Source: Geosiphon pyriformis uo1 (lineage: Eukaryota > Fungi > Glomeromycota). Taken from it: 27,695 nt of DNA. Shown one piece after another: positions 23,135 to 27,695 of this stretch. Where the stretch lies: positions 1 to 27,695 of the forward strand of contig JAAOMT010000620.1 in assembly GCA_016748015.1 (NCBI GenBank), written 5' to 3'. The notes beneath the pieces are model-generated. The model saw only the letters and a program-made list of their open reading frames with translations. It was not told the DNA's origin and did no database searches. Both the position numbers and the translations under genes were made by a program. Position 1 is the first letter of the stretch. Each line of letters opens with the position of its first letter.

Positions 23135-24448
23135 ATGGACTTGGACAACTACTCTGCCTTAATAAAATTTTTGGGTAAAGGACAATACCCACCAAAATAC
23201 ACTTGACAGCAAAAAAAACATTTGCACAAACAATCAAATTTCTATTTGATCTACCAGAACCAACTTTACAAAAGAAACAAAAAAGATCCTGACTGCCCCC
23301 AGAGAGTTATTAGATTTGAAAAAAGAGAAATTGTAATCTACAACATGCACACAGATCCATTAGCTGGACATTTTGGAAAGTCTAAAACAATTCAGAAAAC
23401 TTTAACTCGCTATTATTGGCCTACCTTGGAAAAAGATATTGCTGAGTACATCAAAATCTGTGACACTTGTCAAAGAAGAAGAAAACCCAATCGCAAAGAA
23501 GATATCCACCCAATCTCTGTTGGTCAACCATTTGACAGAATTGGTATAGATGTTGTTAAACCTTTAACAATAACTCCTGATGGCAACAGATACATTATCA
23601 CAGCTACCAACTATCTTACAAAGTGAGTAGAAACAAGAGCCACCCCAGATCAGACAGCAGTTTCAATAGCCAATTTCATTTATGAAGATATTATTTGTCG
23701 CCATGGCTGCCCCAAAGAACTATTATCTGATAGAGGATGAGCTTTTCTTAGTACATTAGTTGAAGAACTTTGTAGAAAAATGGGAATACGTCACAAACTT
23801 TCCTCCTTTTATCACTCTTAAACAAATGGCCTAGTAGAACGTTTTAATAGAACACTATGTGAAACTCTAGCCAAACCAAGTAAAAAAACAAACTTATGAG
23901 ACAAAGTACTGTCTTCAGCTTTGTTTGCTTATAGAACTGTAAATCATGACATAACCAGTTATGAACTTTTTTATCTACTCTATGGACAAATGGCAACACT
24001 ACCAATAGAAATGGATATTGAAATAATACTCTTTGAAGAAATTACAATAGTGAATTACAAAGACATTTTGCAAAAAAGCCTTGGTATCATTCTTGACTCA
24101 TTGGTAGAAGCATGAATAATTGTCTTTGAAAAGATAAAACAGTTCCAAGAAAAGCTTAAGAAAAAGAAAACCTACAAAACACTTTCTCTAAGTGTTGGTA
24201 ACTTAGTTTTGGAATACTGCTTAAACAAAGACAATGTCTATGGTAATAAATTCTCTAGCCGGTGGAAAGAACCTTTTATATTCAACAAAGTTTTGAACAA
24301 TGATTCTTATATTCTACAAGATTAATATGGAACAATATTTAGTGATTGCCCTGTTCATGGCATGTGACTCAAGAAATATTACAAACAACCTGATTGGTTA
24401 CCTGTTGTGGTAATACCGATCCAAATGATCAGCAAAAATCAGATATAA
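23135..24448 (+). pseudogene. Integrase ORF of element D
   Basis: MDLDNYSALIKFL start. HTDPLAGH...CDTCQ, GIDVV, LSDRG, NGLVERFN and WKEPF. Single frame, different from the RT frame. Confidence 0.92.
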
Positions 24449-24489
24449 ATAAATACATCATTTCTAAAACAGAGGTATCTTCAATCGAC

Positions 24490-25146
24490 ATGAACAATTA
24501 TTTTCTGGATCAAAGTATTTAAAACACTTTCTATACTTTCCATAAATATTGGATCAAAAACTATCTAAATGCTACTCTGACCATTGAAAAACAGACCACA
24601 ATAACTGATAACAGTGAAACACATACTGTTATTAGACCAAAAAAAACAACTAAAAGAAGAAAAAGAATTGGTAGCAAAATGGACAAGTATTTATTAGAAA
24701 GCATAACAGCAGTGATACTTGTACTTTCCAATACAATTGGAAAAACAATCAAAAAAATCTTGCCCATAGACAAAAACTTGTCATATAAAAGACAACTAGA
24801 GCTCTATGGTTACCTTGATAAAATCATAAAAGACATAAAGCTTATAAAGAAAACAACTTCTAAAATACAAGTGGAAATTTTGAGCATTATATAAGTAAAT
24901 GTTCCAAGAGTTTTGATCATTGTCAGAAGAGCCAAAACTTTTATACAAAGATTTGGTCTCTTAGATACAAAGCTCATTTTGCCCCAAGTACTATATACTT
25001 TATCCACAAAAAATTTCAACAAACTAGTTAGTTTTGAGTTAGATAAAACCCTTCAAGTAGAATATTCCATTAATAGTTTGATTTCACTGAAACTCAATCT
25101 CTTTGGAGAAGATAATATTACAGTTGAAACTCATAGTTTTTATTAG
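24490..25146 (+). pseudogene. Accessory ORF (~218 codons, unknown function) between integrase and 3' LTR of element D
   Basis: ATG 24490 is in frame with ORFs 24679-24894 and 24913-25146. Two point stops. Basic stretch RPKKTTKRRKR. Confidence 0.75.
25105..25115 (+). promoter_or_regulatory. Polypurine tract of element D
   Basis: GGAGAAGATAA abutting the 3' LTR, nearly identical to the PPT end of A. Confidence 0.8.
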
Positions 25147-25817
25147 TTATCACATGTATTAGCCACTGATGTCACATAATTAGCCACCTTATTTTTAGAT
25201 AGTGATTGATGACCTGATTATTGACTTGATTATTGACCTGATCATTGACCAGATTATTGACCTAGTCGTTGATCTCATCATTGACCACTTTTGATAGCTA
25301 TATAAGTGATGAATCTCTTAGCTGTAGAAAAGTATGTAATAACAAACATCTAAATAATCAAGAATAAATAAAATAACAACTTTCATCTCAATCCTTCTCT
25401 TATTGCTAATTTTTCTTTCTCTACCTTCAAGAATCTAAACATCTTAAAGATAAAAGATTGCTTGTTGGCTTTTTTCTTGATGTATATAATTGTAGCATTT
25501 GAAAATTATTTAAATAAACATAACTGAAAAGCACAAGTTGATACCTGATATTGAATTCTAAGAGTGCCGACATGAGGCATAGAATTATACCAAGTGTGAT
25601 CATTTGTTGACAGTGCAAACTATCCCTTTACCTTTAGATTCTTCAGTTACTTTTAAAAAGTATAGCAACTGAGATATTTTATGAGACTAATCTTGCACAT
25701 TGAATCTATACACATTCAATTTGCTCTTTGAAATTGAATTCCCTTTTGATTATTTCCATTACTCTACAATTTTGTTCTCCCTTGCTATCCGTTAGCTTGT
25801 TACTTCAACTTGTAACA
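25116..25817 (+). repeat. 3' LTR of element D
   Basis: TATTACAG...TGTAACA termini. Ungapped copy of 18081-18782. Confidence 0.96.
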
Positions 25818-26089
25818 ATATTATTATTAAAATTTAAAAGTGCTTACTAATTTGGTCAAATATGTTTTTATTTGTATAATTAATACCAATAAAAAAATCC
25901 AAATCTGGAAAAAAGATGCTTAAATCAAAAATATTTTTGATCATTAAATATATATAAATAAAAGTCTTATTACTTATTGAAAATATAAAGTTTAAGATTA
26001 ATTGACTTTTATATCTTGTTGTATCATATTAAAAATTTTTTATTTCTTTAGAATAAAGTTTTTTTCACAGACAAGTTCATTTAAGTTAC

Positions 26090-27200
26090 AAATATTGTAA
26101 GCAGCAATAACTTTTTGTTAAAATTTTTCTGTAGTGCTATAATATTATAGATTACAATGCCAATTTTTTTTAATTATTGCCTAAATACACTGAAATATAT
26201 GTTTCTGAATTGTAAAACACTTTTTTTTTAATCATATTATGTAATATGTAAATAAAATCTGTATTATTCAAAGATTTTTTTCTTGATATAATTTTACATA
26301 AAATAATAGCAAAGCTGTATATATTGTTATACTTAGTATAAAAACCACTCTTGCAAATTTCAGGTGCAAAATATTTAAGAATATCATAAGTATTTCCAGA
26401 TTGTAAAACATTATCTGTAGGATAACAGAATCCAAAATCAGAAATAATAATTTTTAAGAGATTTGTTATCAAAACAAAAATATTTTCAAGATGTAAGTCT
26501 TTTATATATTAGTTCTGATTTATGAATAAACCTTAGCTCACCAGCAATTTGAAAAAAATATGAAAAAACATGTCTCAATTAAAAATATTTTTGTTAGACT
26601 TGAAAAAAGCTTTAAAGTTTCTATGTTTTACAAATAATAAAATTATAATAAATTTATTAGTTGTAAAATTTTTTATTATTCTATAGTATTCAAAAATGTA
26701 TTTACAAGTAGCATTTTAATAATGTGTAATAAGTTATACAAATACAGTTTTTAGTTTAAAAAAAAATTAGAATAATAAAAATTACATAAATTTTTTAAAA
26801 GAAAATACCTCATCAAAATTAATATGTTTTATATTTTGGCTATTTTTAAGATATTTTAAAGCAATTTTTGTAATTTCAGTTTGTTCATACTTTTGAATTT
26901 TTTTGTTCTAAAATAGAATTCTACTATTTTTTTATCTATTTTTTTTATAAAACCAAATTCTTCCACTTCTACTTGATTTAAATATATAATATTATTAAGA
27001 AAAATTTATTTCAGACAGCCTCTGCAATTTTTAAAATTATTCTGTATATATAATATATACTAATTAATATTATTATTTCTAGTATTTTATGTTCCCCAAA
27101 TATTTAAAAATCTTAATGATTCACAAGAATTATATCAAATTAGATCTTTTAATACAATATAATATTTTAGACATTTTAGCAAATCTGCTTCAAAAACATT
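26090..27200 (-). pseudogene. Degenerate protein kinase gene (tyrosine-kinase-like family) with an intron relic
   Basis: VEVEEFGF (G-loop relic), KIALKYL, IYKDLHLENI (HRDLH..NI), ISDFGF, YFAPEI and NIYSFAIIL. An intron starting GTATTT follows ...NFDE at ~26808. Boundaries are approximate. Confidence 0.82.
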
Positions 27201-27695
27201 ATTATTACTATTATTAATATTACAAAATAAACATATAAAAGATTTATTAATAATTATACTTAAGTTACTATATTTAAAATAATTGAATTCATATAAAAGC
27301 TAATTAAAGAAAACTTCAAAATCTAAAAATTCTCTATTAAAATTATTGGAAGTATTTAAAGCCTTAATTTTGAAATTGTAAAATAATATATTTAAAATTG
27401 TTTTAGTTTTTAAAGATAAGATTATAAATATTCAAATTAATAAAATTACTTAATAACATAAGTTATTTGCTTTTGCTGTTTTTAAATAAAATTTAAATGC
27501 TTTTTAAAGACTTTTTATAATTTCTCATCTATTTTAATAATACTATTCAAGATTATATTATATATTTTGATTTCTTGTCTCTGTTGTTTTTAAATAAAAT
27601 TAAAATGTTTTTTCATAATTTTTCACTATTTTTTATCCATTTTAATAATATGTTCTAATACTAATTTGTGAATTCAGATTTCTTACTTTTTCTAA

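Larger units (their letters stand above)
18081..25817 (+). mobile_element. Full-length Ty3/gypsy element D (7737 bp), inactivated by point mutation
   Basis: Paired 702-bp LTRs, 4-bp target-site duplication ATAT (18077-18080 / 25818-25821), PBS, PPT, gag, PR-RT-RH, IN and an extra ORF. Confidence 0.96.

Noticed and set aside
24180-24448. Chromodomain on integrase (chromovirus)
   Set aside because: Both integrases end shortly after the GPY/F-like region with no chromodomain pattern.
24490-25146. env gene
   Set aside because: Too short, and no evident signal peptide, fusion peptide or C-terminal TM anchor. It is basic and looks soluble.

Overview
Left chromosome end of an AT-rich eukaryote, most likely a Glomeromycotina-type fungus. 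That assignment is inferred from the TTAGGG telomere, the tyrosine-kinase-like kinase relic and the style of the elements. A (CCCTAA)n telomere with variant proximal repeats (4-390) is fused directly into the RT region of an APE-type non-LTR retrotransposon (391-5210, minus). A second LINE of related type faces it head-to-head (6051-7277). A nest of decayed Ty3/gypsy LTR elements follows: A (7278-12463, minus; dUTPase-RT-RH, IN, extra ORF, 3' LTR), B (an RT-RH fragment), C (13593-17612; gag-PR only, pol deleted) and D (18081-25817; complete, two 702-bp LTRs, ATAT target duplication). A degenerate kinase gene ends the window. No intact host gene is visible, and decay is almost entirely C>T/G>A transitions. 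The most notable result is the retrovirus-like, four-ORF design of these gypsy elements: gag; PR-RT-RH via a UUUAAAC -1 frameshift; an apparently stand-alone integrase ORF; and a conserved ~210-220 aa accessory ORF behind an internal TATA box. Each family also carries its own palindromic repeat array in U3.
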